Source: Oscillospiraceae bacterium | GTDB taxonomy: Bacteria > Bacillota > Clostridia > Oscillospirales > UBA929 | Direction of reading: 5' to 3' | Assembly (NCBI GenBank): GCA_009777475.1 | Contig: WRLU01000007.1 | Location: 6,532 to 70,531 of the forward strand | Length of the DNA stretch: 64,000 nt | Shown: piece after piece, positions 37,369-47,464 of the stretch | Numbering within the stretch: the stretch's first letter is position 1 | Layout of the letters: each line of letters opens with the position of its first letter | Position numbers and translations under genes: made by a program | The notes under the pieces: model-generated | Told to the model about the DNA's origin: nothing | Databases searched by the model: none | What the model saw: only the letters and a program-made list of their open reading frames with translations

Positions 37369-38301
37369 CTATTTGTCATTTACCATTTCCTTTAGCCCTG
37401 CCGCCAACCCGGCTATGCCTTGGATTTCAGAAGGAATAATGATTTTGGTGGCCTTCCCGTCGGCGGCTTTACTAAAAGCCTCTAGTGCTTTGATTTTGAG
37501 TACCGAATCATTGGCGTTGGCATCGTTTAGCAACCGGATTGAATCTGCAAGTGCCGTTTGCACTCGCATAATGGCACCCGCCTCGCCCTCCGACTCTAAA
37601 ATTCGCGCCTGCTTAACCGCATCGGCACGCAGGATGGTGGATTCCTTGTCTCCTTCCGCCCTTAATATCTGGCTTCTTTTTTCACCCTCTGCCTCTAATA
37701 TGACCTGGCGGCGTTCCCGTTCTGCCTTCATCTGCTTTTCCATTGCTGTTTGAATTTCACGAGGAGGGATAATGCTCTTTAGCTCAACGCGGTTGACCTT
37801 GATGCCCCATGGGTCGGTGGCTTCGTCTAAAATAGTCTGCATTTTAGCATTGATAGTGTCACGAGAGGTTAGAGTTTGGTCTAATTCCAAGTCGCCTACA
37901 ATGTTGCGGAGTGTCGTGGCAGTCAGGTTCTCAATCGCCGCCATGGGATGCTCCACTCCGTAGGTATACAGCTTGGGATCGGTGATTTGGAAGTATATTA
38001 CTGTGTCGATTTGCATGGAGACATTATCCCTGGTAATTACGCTTTGGGGATGAAAATCAACAACCTGCTCCTTGAGAGATACGATTTTAACAACTCTGTC
38101 GAAAAAGGGCACCTTCCAGTGCAAGCCGTTTTCCCAGATGGTGTGAAATGACCCCAGCCTTTCAATGACAAAGCGTTTTGACTGCTGGACTATTTTGATG
38201 TTGGCAGTGAGGATAAGCAAGCCGACTATCCCCAAAAAAATTAAAGCAATAATGCCGGGTGACGGGCCTGAGATCCCAAAGGTATCAATTTCTAAAAACA
38301 T
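37369..38301 (-). CDS. SPFH/Band 7 (stomatin-like) protein
   Basis: N-terminal TM segment, an SPFH core (..VSLKEQVVDFHPQSVITRDNV..), and a coiled-coil tail. Confidence 0.9.
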   Translation of the reverse strand: MFLEIDTFGISGPSPGIIALIFLGIVGLLILTANIKIVQQSKRFVIERLGSFHTIWENGLHWKVPFFDRVVKIVSLKEQVVDFHPQSVITRDNVSMQIDTVIYFQITDPKLYTYGVEHPMAAIENLTATTLRNIVGDLELDQTLTSRDTINAKMQTILDEATDPWGIKVNRVELKSIIPPREIQTAMEKQMKAERERRQVILEAEGEKRSQILRAEGDKESTILRADAVKQARILESEGEAGAIMRVQTALADSIRLLNDANANDSVLKIKALEAFSKAADGKATKIIIPSEIQGIAGLAAGLKEMVNDK

Positions 38302-38318
38302 ATATTCTTCCTCCTAAT

Positions 38319-38774
38319 TTAACGTAAATTGTTTTGAAGCTGACCCACAGGGGTCACGACTAGCTTGGAGCCTTCAATCGCCTCTATGCGAACAGTCTGC
38401 CCCGGTTCGGCAGTACTCCCCCCCAGGGTGCGTGCTGTCCAGACAATGCCTGAGATTTTTACCGCCCCCGAACCCTTGATATTGTCAATGCGCTCGGTAC
38501 AGACAGCAATCTCACCTATGTTTCTGTCAGCATTGGTCGCCACGTTTTTTCTGATTAGGAAGCGTTTGCAAAACGGTCTCAACGCCGCTAAGGTAATCCC
38601 GGAAACCAATACGAAAACGGCCCATGCCACCCAGGGCTCCGCGCCAAGCAGTGAGGCGATCAGGGCACACAACGCCCCAGCGGCAAACCAAATGCTGATT
38701 AAATTAACCGCTAGCGCTTCGATTATAACCAAGCCAACGATTGAAGCCAACCAGAAAAAATCAACTCCCTGCAT
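38319..38774 (-). CDS. NfeD-family membrane protein
   Basis: Three N-terminal TM segments, a C-terminal OB-like domain and the canonical position upstream of an SPFH gene. Confidence 0.85.
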   Translation of the reverse strand: MQGVDFFWLASIVGLVIIEALAVNLISIWFAAGALCALIASLLGAEPWVAWAVFVLVSGITLAALRPFCKRFLIRKNVATNADRNIGEIAVCTERIDNIKGSGAVKISGIVWTARTLGGSTAEPGQTVRIEAIEGSKLVVTPVGQLQNNLR

Positions 38775-39331
38775 ATCATCACCTCCATTCCACTCCTACC
38801 CTGGCAGTGTATCATATGAAAAGAAAAAAATCAAATAGAACTTTTTCTCATTTTTCTTCACAATGCCAATTCTTATGCCGCGACTGTTTTTCACCCGGTG
38901 TACTTTAAGCTGTATTGTACTACTTTAATAACCTCTTTTACCGCGCTGGAGGCGGCTCTAGATAAGCGGATGGGCAGCAAGTAAAAAATTTTCTAAAAAC
39001 GCTAAAGTTTTGATATTAGGAAACGATATAATAGGTAGACAGGGGAAGCATGTGTATGGATGATGTGACCGTTTCTGCTGTTTGAGCTACCACCTTTGCA
39101 AGAGCTATTGACTTTTTTTATTGAGTGCTGTAATGTTGTAGAGGCAGAGTTGCTGACAAAACGGCGGCTTTATACCAAAAATCCCCTGAGAGCAGGAAGG
39201 AGAGGACTTATTATGGTACCGCAATAATTATATCGCCGCCAGTGGAAGGCTGATGCCCTAAAAATGACCACAGCATTCAAAAGCAAAGAGAAAGAGAAAA
39301 CTAAACAAAAATAGGAAAGGAAGTATTTGAA

Positions 39332-41485
39332 ATGAAAAGAAAAATCACAAGAAGCCTCTCGTTAGCCCTTGCGTTGATCTTCGCGCTAACCCTAATGCCC
39401 ATGGCGGGTCTGTCGGCTCCGGCGGGAGCCAGGTACACCGAGCTGGTAGCTCCGACTCTTGATGTTTCCCCCGGAATGTTCTCTGAGGGACTGGCGTTTG
39501 TGCGGACAAACGGTGCTGGGGCGCAATATCCCACATGGGGATACATGGATGCTTACGGCGATATTGTAATTTCCCTTGACGAGTATGATGAGAATCCCTT
39601 CTACGGCTCTAAGGGAGCGCAGTTTAGCGATGGACTTGCGGTTGTATGGAAAAATGGAAAAGCCGGCTACATAAATAGGGCAGGCGAAGCTGTCATACCC
39701 CCGCAATTTGTGTATGCTCATTTATTTGTTGATGGGTATGCCTATGCCCAGACCGATGAAAAGAGTGGAATTATTGATAAAACCGGGGCATTTGTTCACT
39801 CTACTCCTGTAGGCGGCGGGTCCGATGGCTATATGTATATCTACCAAGGTGGCATGGCGCGTATATCTGACGGATACAACGGTCTCCTAATTGACATTGA
39901 GAGCGGTGCCCACCTTGATGATGGTATGGGTGAGTTTATCTCGTGCAGCAACGGATTGATTTTATTCGTTGAAGAGGCTTCATCTGGCTATGTGTACCGT
40001 TTCTGGGAAAAAGACGAATTGATCCGATTAGGGGAAACCGGAGCTGGTTCACCGGCACATAAGTTCAGCCTGCCGTATTCTGTCAGCGACTTTGAATCGG
40101 GATTGATTATTGTTGAGGATGATACCGGTCGTGCTGCCGCCTTCAATGTGCAGGGGGATATAGTCGTTGACTGGTCTGAGTGTCTTGAGTTTTACGATGG
40201 CTTTGGTTATGTGGAAGATCCTGTACCCTGCCCCTGCGGCTGTGTTTTTGACGGTTGGGAATTAGAGGATTGGGAAGACGGCTACCAATACTGGACTGAG
40301 AAATTCTCCGGCGGCTGCGGAAATTACGAAGACTGCGATGACTGCAACCATTACGATTACGAGGATAAAATAGTTAATAAAAGCGGCAAAACTATTGCGA
40401 TAGTCGGTTATGGGGAAGACGAAAACGGCAGTTGGGATCGTTATGGCGACTGGGCAAGCGAGCATATGCTCGTTGTTCATGAGTCCACCTATGACGAAAG
40501 CACCGGGCAGGAAACAAGTGGCTCTTGCCTGATGGACTCAGAGGGTGAATACATCATTGCCCCCGGCATATATGATGAAATCGTTCCTAATCTTAACGGC
40601 GGCCTGATAACAGTAACCAAAAACACCAAAACAGGCATACTTCTGCTTGACGGCTACGAAATCCCCGAATATCCTAACTATTCCGGTTCAGGCACGACCG
40701 CCGGGAATGTTACCATTGTTGATAATGAAACCGGTGTTTCTCTTGACCTGAGTTCAGAGAGCTTTGATTTTGGCTCGGGTGCCGATGAATTTGTACCTAA
40801 GTCTGTCAGCATAATCACAAAAGCCGGAAAAGACGACAAATGGGTTGCCTACAACGAATCTAAGCATGAAATTGGCAAGCTGCTCAAGAAAGGCTGGCTT
40901 AGCCTCAAGTTTGCCAGCGAGGTCAACGGCGGCGGAACAGTTGTTGAGATTCCAGCCGTGGAGAAACGCGCAAAAACAGCCAAGACCCGCGATGACATAA
41001 GCAAAAAGCTTGCCGCATGGTATCCGAGCAGCACACCGAGCAAATGGATATTGGGCGACAGCGGCAAATTTAAGTCAGGAGATGTTTCAGCTGTTCGTGA
41101 CGGCTTAGAGTACTGTGTATTTGAGGGCAAAAAGCCTGACGAAAACTGGAAGCCTGTGCCTGCCGGAGGCTTCGATATAGCAACCGCCAAAACAGTTTAT
41201 GCTGTGCGCGAGGCTGCCAAAGAGGCCGGCGGCAAGTTCTACCCGGCAACCGCGTTTGTTAAGATTACCGACAAGGGCTACGGCAAGGCAACAAAGGTAA
41301 GCGTTAAAAATGGTACCGCTAAGCTGAAAAAAGGAATGATGTACAGGGTTAACAACGGAGCAATCACAGGACCCTTAGCTGACAAAGCCGCAGTTGATTT
41401 TACACCCGGTCAAAAGGTAGAATTCTGGATGGGAGCAACGGGCAAAAAACCTGAAACTATTAAGCAAACTGTTACTGTGTCATAG
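39332..41485 (+). CDS. Secreted WG-repeat (KWG-type) protein with a Cys/acidic-rich middle and an unknown C-terminal domain
   Basis: Signal peptide, then repeated GLA.V..NGK.GYI...G..VIPP.F units. Confidence 0.8.
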   Translation: MKRKITRSLSLALALIFALTLMPMAGLSAPAGARYTELVAPTLDVSPGMFSEGLAFVRTNGAGAQYPTWGYMDAYGDIVISLDEYDENPFYGSKGAQFSDGLAVVWKNGKAGYINRAGEAVIPPQFVYAHLFVDGYAYAQTDEKSGIIDKTGAFVHSTPVGGGSDGYMYIYQGGMARISDGYNGLLIDIESGAHLDDGMGEFISCSNGLILFVEEASSGYVYRFWEKDELIRLGETGAGSPAHKFSLPYSVSDFESGLIIVEDDTGRAAAFNVQGDIVVDWSECLEFYDGFGYVEDPVPCPCGCVFDGWELEDWEDGYQYWTEKFSGGCGNYEDCDDCNHYDYEDKIVNKSGKTIAIVGYGEDENGSWDRYGDWASEHMLVVHESTYDESTGQETSGSCLMDSEGEYIIAPGIYDEIVPNLNGGLITVTKNTKTGILLLDGYEIPEYPNYSGSGTTAGNVTIVDNETGVSLDLSSESFDFGSGADEFVPKSVSIITKAGKDDKWVAYNESKHEIGKLLKKGWLSLKFASEVNGGGTVVEIPAVEKRAKTAKTRDDISKKLAAWYPSSTPSKWILGDSGKFKSGDVSAVRDGLEYCVFEGKKPDENWKPVPAGGFDIATAKTVYAVREAAKEAGGKFYPATAFVKITDKGYGKATKVSVKNGTAKLKKGMMYRVNNGAITGPLADKAAVDFTPGQKVEFWMGATGKKPETIKQTVTVS

Positions 41486-41518
41486 AGATGGCCCAACAGG
41501 GACGTCAAGACAAAACAG

Positions 41519-41546
41519 GCGGCACCCTAAGGGGTGCCGCTTTGTT
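41519..41546. terminator. Bidirectional terminator between the convergent WG-repeat and spoVT genes
   Basis: GCGGCACCC - TAAG - GGGTGCCGC, with T-runs on both strands. Confidence 0.7.
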
Positions 41547-41558
41547 GGCCGCGGGAAG

Positions 41559-42101
41559 CTATGCTTCCATTTGTTTTCCCAGGAAATTAGCTACTGTTTG
41601 CGCCAGCTTGTGTTCGGTATCGGAAAAAGGCTGCCCGGATTCGCCAAGTATAAACATAACACAGCCCGATACATCGCCCTCTGCTAAAATAGGGGCGGCT
41701 ATGCCGGCAAAATGCTTGTCGGCATCATCCACGACACGAAGCTTGTTTTCGCCCTGCTTATACTGATAAACCTGACGGTTTTCCATAACCTTTTCCAAGT
41801 CCTCCCCAATGCGTTTTTCCAAGAGCTCGCGCTGGGGCGCGCCGGCAACTGCTATTATAGCATCCCGATCGCTGATGCAGACCATTCCGCCCGTGGTTTT
41901 TCTCATGGTTTCACAAAGCTGTCCTGCAAAATCAGAGAGCTCCCCCATAGGCGAATATTTTTTGAAAATAACCTCGCCGTCTTTATCAGTATAAATTTCA
42001 AGGGGGTCACCCTCACGTATACGCATGGTTCTGCGGATTTCCTTGGGGATTACAACACGCCCCAAATCATCAATTCGCCTGACAATTCCCGTTGCTTTCA
42101 T
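41559..42101 (-). CDS. spoVT: Stage V sporulation protein T (AbrB-type N-terminus plus GAF-like C-terminus)
   Basis: MKATGIVRRIDDLGRVVIPKEIRRTMRIREGDPLEIY... and a 180-aa size. Confidence 0.9.
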   Translation of the reverse strand: MKATGIVRRIDDLGRVVIPKEIRRTMRIREGDPLEIYTDKDGEVIFKKYSPMGELSDFAGQLCETMRKTTGGMVCISDRDAIIAVAGAPQRELLEKRIGEDLEKVMENRQVYQYKQGENKLRVVDDADKHFAGIAAPILAEGDVSGCVMFILGESGQPFSDTEHKLAQTVANFLGKQMEA

Positions 42102-42244
42102 GGTTTACCTCCTACACATGATTTAGGAGTAGTATCCGCAAAATTTGACAGACTATACAGCTTTTACGATGTTGGAAATACTTTGCAATAATTCTTCATG
42201 ATTTTATCGGATAAAGAGGGAACGGCGGAGAGGAGCCGCAGCCC

Positions 42245-43537
42245 TCAAACACAAAATGCGGCATAGTGCGGTATGGCTCGAATGCTGCCGTCTGTACCGA
42301 AATTCTTTTCAGAAAACCGGATAGAATAGGCAGCTTGGTATCTCTCCATGAACACACTTATGCTCTTGGAGCGTGTTTTGATGCCCTTCTTAACCTCTAT
42401 GCCGATAATGTCTGTTTCCTTTTGCATTACAAAATCAATCTCAGCGGTGTGTTCGCTCGTCCAGTAAAACAGCGGGTGTCCGTTTGCGGCCAAAGCCTGT
42501 GCGATATAATTTTCTGCCACTGACCCCATAAACAAATTAGACTCACCGCTTAATATGGTCTGTTGGGGAATGCCTGAACGCATAGCAAGCAGACCGACAT
42601 CGCCTGAATAGAGTTTGAACGATGAGAGGTCTTCGTATACTGCGATGGGGTTTGCGGCATGGTCAATCCTGCGGCACTTCAACACAACGCCCGCCTGAAC
42701 CAGCCAGTCGATAGACGCACCAAACAGAGATGCACCGCCGCCCTTTTGCACCACCTTGTACTGGAATTTTTTATTTTTCTTGGCGAGCTGGGCCGGGATA
42801 GACTCATAGCAAGCACGGATTTTTACCGTTTCAGAGGACTCTGCGTATTTCGCCATATCTGCCACATAGTTGTTGGCAATCTCATTTTGCAGCGGCGGAA
42901 TCAACACCGCTTTTCCGTTTTTGGAAAACGCCAAGACACAAGCGGGCATCCCCCCCACAATGAGATAGCAACGGTAATGCTCTATTGCTTTCTGGTGCAA
43001 TGCGGCTGGCATCGGCTCCATACTTGCACAGCAGGTACGAATGTCCTCAGCTAGCCGTTCTTCCCCAAGCGACCAAAGAAACTCCTCGAAATCCAAGGGA
43101 TACAAGGTCAGGCTTTCCACCTTGCCTACAGGGAAAGAATACTGCTCTCTATTGATAGCCACGCCTAGCAGACTGCCCGCGGCCGCCACATGGTATTCCG
43201 GTGCATTTTCGGCAAAGTATTTCAGTGAGGTCAATGCCCGCTCACAAGATTGGATTTCATCAAAGATAATTAGTGTCTCCCCGGGCAGTATGACATCGTT
43301 GGCCGTGGTTTCCAAAAACCGAATCAGCCGCTCGGGGGTTATATCCCCGGAAAAATATTGGGCAACCGCTTGGTTGGTTTCCAGATTTACATAAATCGCA
43401 TTTTTATAATGCTGCTCCCCGAACTGATTGAGAATGTAGGTTTTGCCCACTTGTCTAGCCCCATACAACAAGAGCGGCATTCTGCCCTCTGATTTGTTTT
43501 TCCAGTCAAACAGCCGCTCTTCAATTTTTCTTTGCAT
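42245..43537 (-). CDS. AAA-family ATPase with a DUF4143-type C-terminus
   Basis: Walker A YGARQVGKTY, Walker B LIIFDEIQ and a 430-aa size typical of the AAA_14/DUF4143 family. Confidence 0.85.
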   Translation of the reverse strand: MQRKIEERLFDWKNKSEGRMPLLLYGARQVGKTYILNQFGEQHYKNAIYVNLETNQAVAQYFSGDITPERLIRFLETTANDVILPGETLIIFDEIQSCERALTSLKYFAENAPEYHVAAAGSLLGVAINREQYSFPVGKVESLTLYPLDFEEFLWSLGEERLAEDIRTCCASMEPMPAALHQKAIEHYRCYLIVGGMPACVLAFSKNGKAVLIPPLQNEIANNYVADMAKYAESSETVKIRACYESIPAQLAKKNKKFQYKVVQKGGGASLFGASIDWLVQAGVVLKCRRIDHAANPIAVYEDLSSFKLYSGDVGLLAMRSGIPQQTILSGESNLFMGSVAENYIAQALAANGHPLFYWTSEHTAEIDFVMQKETDIIGIEVKKGIKTRSKSISVFMERYQAAYSIRFSEKNFGTDGSIRAIPHYAAFCV

Positions 43538-43623
43538 CCAACCGCCTCCCTCGGTTTATCATACTAGGGAGTTTGCCATTATGTCAAGAATAATATATTT
43601 ATATATTATTCTTTCCCACATAA

Positions 43624-44709
43624 CTATCTTGTGTTCATTTTCACCATTTGAAGTGTTTTCACCATCCACTCCAATGCACCGTTAAACCGATAGCCCTTAA
43701 ATCCCGAGGCTTCAAGAATTTCTGCAATCTCATTTTTAGAAATGTCAAGATTGATAAGTCCCTCCAGTCCGCCGCGTTCCTTGGCGATTTCCTGTGCATA
43801 GTCCCAATAAGTGCCGGAATAACCGAAGCTAGTGGACAACTCAGCCGGATTACCCACCGCCTGTACCACCATTTCCTCCGTGTCTTCGTAGAACAGGCTG
43901 CGTCCGTTATCATAAAGCGGATAAAAGGACTCGCCTTGTCCGCTCATTTTAATGGCCACATTGGAAAGATGCCGGTCGTCCTGCCGTGTGATAAAGTCCA
44001 GCAAAATCATTCGGACAATATCGTCTTTGTACTGTGGACGGACAGAAATCAGGTTTTGATATTCGTTGTCAGATCTGGCCCCCTCAAATAGGCGGCGAAA
44101 ATGCACAATGTATTCTCGAGAAAAGTCATAGAGAAAACTTGAAAATACTGTGTCTTTATCAACACGGCAAGCCGGGCAGCAGGGGACACCCAGCTTTTGT
44201 GCCAGCAGATAGACCGCTGTTTCTGATTCCACATCGGTATGCAGGGGGCTGATTCGCTGCTTATAGATGCCGTATTCACCGTTGTGTACGCCATAACGCT
44301 TGATGTTGTAGCCCTCCGGTGTATCAATGCTGTCGCCGATTAGGTCGATTTTCTGACGAAACACCGATGCGAATACATCGGTCATAATTGTTTCCAGTTG
44401 CTCATCCTCACTATGTGCGATCCACAATAGGTCTTTGGGATGGATGCCACGGGTAATTTCCGCAATTCGCAAAACATCGTAGTGAGACAGACCGCAGCGG
44501 AACAATATCCGCTCAATGTCCCGCCGGTCACGGCTGACCGTCCGTTCGGATAAGAACTCTGTGAATTGCTCGGGTGTCCAAAATTTTGCTCCGTGGGTGT
44601 ACAGAGAGACGGCTTGGTTATATTCAGGCAAGGCGAACGTAACGGCACCCGAACGGCTGACGGTGCCAATGGTTTCATCATTCCATTTCAAAATGCGTTG
44701 GTCGCCCAT
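43624..44709 (-). CDS. HipA-like kinase-fold protein (orphan)
   Basis: QDDRHLSNVAI fits the HipA catalytic D-x-H-x-x-N loop, and FYPLYDNG fits the PLYD Mg-binding motif. The start was moved to 44709 because the listed N-terminus overlaps its own promoter. Confidence 0.55.
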   Translation of the reverse strand: MGDQRILKWNDETIGTVSRSGAVTFALPEYNQAVSLYTHGAKFWTPEQFTEFLSERTVSRDRRDIERILFRCGLSHYDVLRIAEITRGIHPKDLLWIAHSEDEQLETIMTDVFASVFRQKIDLIGDSIDTPEGYNIKRYGVHNGEYGIYKQRISPLHTDVESETAVYLLAQKLGVPCCPACRVDKDTVFSSFLYDFSREYIVHFRRLFEGARSDNEYQNLISVRPQYKDDIVRMILLDFITRQDDRHLSNVAIKMSGQGESFYPLYDNGRSLFYEDTEEMVVQAVGNPAELSTSFGYSGTYWDYAQEIAKERGGLEGLINLDISKNEIAEILEASGFKGYRFNGALEWMVKTLQMVKMNTR

Positions 44710-44731
44710 AATCATCACTTTCCCTGAGGAT

Positions 44732-44759
44732 ATTATAGTATAATACGAAATAATGTCAA
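44732..44759 (-). promoter_or_regulatory. Sigma-A promoter of the HipA-like gene
   Basis: Minus strand TTGACA, a 16-nt spacer, then TATAAT. Confidence 0.6.
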
Positions 44760-44799
44760 TCAGCATTGCTCCGCGCCCTCTTCGTTAAAATGGATGCAA
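44752..44799. repeat. 48-bp promoter-upstream element, copy 1
   Basis: AATGTCAATCAGCATTGCTCCGCGCCCTCTTCGTTAAAATGGATGCAA. It matches copy 2 at 43 of 48 positions. Confidence 0.85.
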
Positions 44800-44829
44800 A
44801 AAGCACTGGCCGGTTTTCGGCTGGTGCTT
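44795..44829 (-). terminator. Terminator of the 133-aa membrane-protein gene
   Basis: AAGCACTGGCCG / CGGCTGGTGCTT stem. The minus strand continues TTTTTGC. Confidence 0.65.
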
Positions 44830-44844
44830 GGGATACATTGTGAT

Positions 44845-45246
44845 TTAGACCCACGGAACAGTTATATCATATTTCGCAAATATGATTTCCAACTTTTCTC
44901 TATTTTTTATGTTGTAGTATATATCGCCATCCCCTAGCCGCATTGTGTTGCAGCTATCTCCCGCCGGATAGATATGTAGTTTTTTACCGTTTCCCTCAAA
45001 AATCAACTCCACCACCCCAAAAGCACAAGCATAACCTTCCGGGTGGGCGATCCCTTTACAGAGGGAAATCAGTTCAACGAAATCCGCACCGTTTTTAATC
45101 TCCAAATGGATATTTTTATCGTGATGAATCAAGGTGATTTTTTCGGCAAAGCTCAAATTAACTGGTCTGAAGAAGAAAGCACAACAACTTCCAATGAGGA
45201 TGATTGGAATGAAAACTATTAGCGCAATTCGTATCCGTTTATTCAC
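44845..45246 (-). CDS. Hypothetical N-terminally anchored small protein (133 aa)
   Basis: GTG at 45246 lies 5 nt after GGGGGG. MNKRIRIALIVFIPIILIGSCCAFFF is a TM anchor. I recognise no family. Confidence 0.55.
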   Translation of the reverse strand: MNKRIRIALIVFIPIILIGSCCAFFFRPVNLSFAEKITLIHHDKNIHLEIKNGADFVELISLCKGIAHPEGYACAFGVVELIFEGNGKKLHIYPAGDSCNTMRLGDGDIYYNIKNREKLEIIFAKYDITVPWV

Positions 45247-45287
45247 GTTTACCCCCCAATACCAGTGCAATGTTATACCCTTGTCCA

Positions 45288-45316
45288 ATATTACCACGCC
45301 TTACCCAAAATGTCAA
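45288..45316 (-). promoter_or_regulatory. Sigma-A promoter of the 133-aa gene
   Basis: Minus strand TTGACA, a 17-nt spacer, then TGG-TAATAT. Confidence 0.6.
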
Positions 45317-45356
45317 TCAGCCGTGCTCCGCACCCTCTCCGTTAAAATGGGTGCAA
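45309..45356. repeat. 48-bp promoter-upstream element, copy 2
   Basis: AATGTCAATCAGCCGTGCTCCGCACCCTCTCCGTTAAAATGGGTGCAA. Confidence 0.85.
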
Positions 45357-45373
45357 CTTTTTTATTTGCACAG

Positions 45374-45402
45374 TTGACTTGAACTCGAAAATATCATATA
45401 AT
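45374..45402 (+). promoter_or_regulatory. Sigma-A promoter of the aspartate aminotransferase gene
   Basis: TTGACT, a 17-nt spacer, then TATAAT. Confidence 0.6.
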
Positions 45403-45438
45403 AAGTGCTATGTTGAGAAATACTAGGGAGGAACATCT

Positions 45439-46632
45439 ATGAAAAAATCATTATCCAGAATCGCCTCAAATGTCAAGGCCTCCAGCACCATCACCATTGA
45501 TGCCTTATTCAAAAAGATGAAGGCAGAGGGTCAAGACGTTATCGGCTTCGGCACCGGGGAGCCGGACTTTAATACACCTGATCATATCAAACAGGCGGGC
45601 ATTGATGCTATCGGCAAAAACCAGACCCGCTACACCCCGGCAGCAGGAACTCTGGAGCTGCGCCAGGCAATATGTGACGCGGCCAAAAAGGACTATGGGC
45701 TGAAATACGCACCAACACAGGTCGTTGTTTCCTGCGGTGCCAAGCACACTATTTCACAGCTTATGATGATACTCTGCAACCCCGGTGACGAGGTTATCCT
45801 GCCCTCCCCTTACTGGGTTAGCTATCCGGAAATGATTAGCATGGCAGGAGCCGTGCCTGTTGTTGTGGAGGGCTTGGAGGAAAACGGATTTTTGATTACC
45901 CCTGAGCAGCTTGCCAAGGCAATTACCCCGAAAACCAAGGCGGTTATCTTTAATTCGCCGTCTAACCCAACCGGCATGATCTACAAAAGAGAAGACCTCA
46001 AGGCCCTTTGTGATATTTGCGTTAAAGAGGGTATTTATATCGTATCCGATGAGGTATATGACAAGCTTGTATACGATGGAATCTCCTTCACCAGCATACC
46101 CGCCCTTGGCGAAGAGATCAAGGAGCTTGCAATTCTTGTAAACGCTGTTTCCAAAACCTACTGCATGACCGGCTGGCGTATCGGCTGGGCCTGCGCCAAT
46201 GCTGAAATCGCTAAAATTATGAGTGCCTATCAAAGCCACAGCGCATCGGCCCCGGCAAGCATGTCCCAGGCTGCCGCACTTGAGGCCATTAAAGGCGACC
46301 AGAGCGGAATTGAAAAAATGAGAAAAGAATTTGAAGGCCGCCGTGATTTTTTTGTAAAAAGAGTTTCTGAGATTGAGGGAATCAGTTGTTGCAAGCCTGA
46401 GGGTGCATTCTACATCATGCTCAATGTCAATGCCCTCATGGGGCGTACCATTTCGGGCAGAGCCATCAACAGCTCAGATGCTTTTGCCGAGACGTTGCTT
46501 GAAAAACAGGGTGTAGCAGTTGTCCCCTGTGAGGGCTTCGGCTCACCGGGATATGTTCGTATGTCCTACGCCGCTTCTATGGAAAACATCAGCAAAGGAC
46601 TTGACCGGATTGAAGCCTTTATAAAAGGGTAG
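45439..46632 (+). CDS. Aspartate/aromatic aminotransferase (class I PLP enzyme)
   Basis: FGTGEPDF, NSPSNPTG and SKTYCMTGWRIGW. 397 aa. Confidence 0.92.
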   Translation: MKKSLSRIASNVKASSTITIDALFKKMKAEGQDVIGFGTGEPDFNTPDHIKQAGIDAIGKNQTRYTPAAGTLELRQAICDAAKKDYGLKYAPTQVVVSCGAKHTISQLMMILCNPGDEVILPSPYWVSYPEMISMAGAVPVVVEGLEENGFLITPEQLAKAITPKTKAVIFNSPSNPTGMIYKREDLKALCDICVKEGIYIVSDEVYDKLVYDGISFTSIPALGEEIKELAILVNAVSKTYCMTGWRIGWACANAEIAKIMSAYQSHSASAPASMSQAAALEAIKGDQSGIEKMRKEFEGRRDFFVKRVSEIEGISCCKPEGAFYIMLNVNALMGRTISGRAINSSDAFAETLLEKQGVAVVPCEGFGSPGYVRMSYAASMENISKGLDRIEAFIKG

Positions 46633-46732
46633 CAGAGAGCCTGCTTTATAATAACCCCTCTGGCACCGGATGTCGGAGGGGTTTTGCAAGGGACTACCCA
46701 AAAAAAGATGAGAGGAGAACGCTGAATTCAAA

Positions 46733-47464
46733 ATGCCAACAGAAAACCGAAACCGATTCTCCGCGTTATTTAGAGCAGAACCGGACAGAGCTCAAGCAAA
46801 ATCCTCAATCGCGGATGCATGCTGCTTGCCGGCTTCCCCGCTGCTAATGGTTTTAGCGGCAGTATTTGCGGGAATATTGCTTATATCAAACGTAATCGCA
46901 AACCATATGCTCCAATTTTTCCAATGGACTGTTGATGCAGGGGCATTGACATTCCCGATTACCTATATTCTTTCGGATATTTTTTCTGAGGTATATGGTT
47001 ACAAGTGGTCACGCCGCATAGCCTGGACATCCCTTGCCGTTAACGGTGCATTTGCCCTAATTGTGCAACTGATCCTGCTATTGCCCCAGCCGGAGTGGTA
47101 TGACGGAATATTTTTCGCAACAGCGTTAGGCAATTCATGGAGGATTATCATAGCAAGCTTAATCGCTTATTGTATAGGTGATCTGGCAGACGACAGAGTA
47201 TTCCGCCACATGAAACGCAGGCATAAATCAACAAAAGGCTTTGCCGGACGAGCGTTAATTTCCTCATTTATAGGAAATTGCCTTGACACATCCCTTTTCT
47301 GCGTGACAGCGTTTGCGTTTGTCATGCCGTGGGATGAATTGCCGGGGATGATTATCACAGGCATATGCCTAAAGCTTGCGTATGAGTGTGTTCTGTTGCC
47401 TGTAACATGGAGAGTAGTAAAGGCGGTGAAAAAGCATGAAGATATTGATAACAGGGACAAGTAG
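46733..47464 (+). CDS. Queuosine-precursor transporter (YhhQ/DUF165, VUT family)
   Basis: LTFPITYILSDIFSEVYGYKWSRRIAW is the family signature. The protein is polytopic, and the true start may be internal. Confidence 0.8.
   Translation: MPTENRNRFSALFRAEPDRAQAKSSIADACCLPASPLLMVLAAVFAGILLISNVIANHMLQFFQWTVDAGALTFPITYILSDIFSEVYGYKWSRRIAWTSLAVNGAFALIVQLILLLPQPEWYDGIFFATALGNSWRIIIASLIAYCIGDLADDRVFRHMKRRHKSTKGFAGRALISSFIGNCLDTSLFCVTAFAFVMPWDELPGMIITGICLKLAYECVLLPVTWRVVKAVKKHEDIDNRDK

Noticed and set aside
46633-46732. Possible preQ1 riboswitch ahead of the YhhQ-type queuosine-precursor transporter (an A-rich tract CCCAAAAAAAG near the RBS).
   Set aside because: The only strong hairpin (CCCCTC...GGAGGGG plus TTTTG) is the aminotransferase terminator. 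The remaining GGGU/ACCC pairing is too short and lacks the conserved loop and P2 features. A covariance-model scan would settle it.
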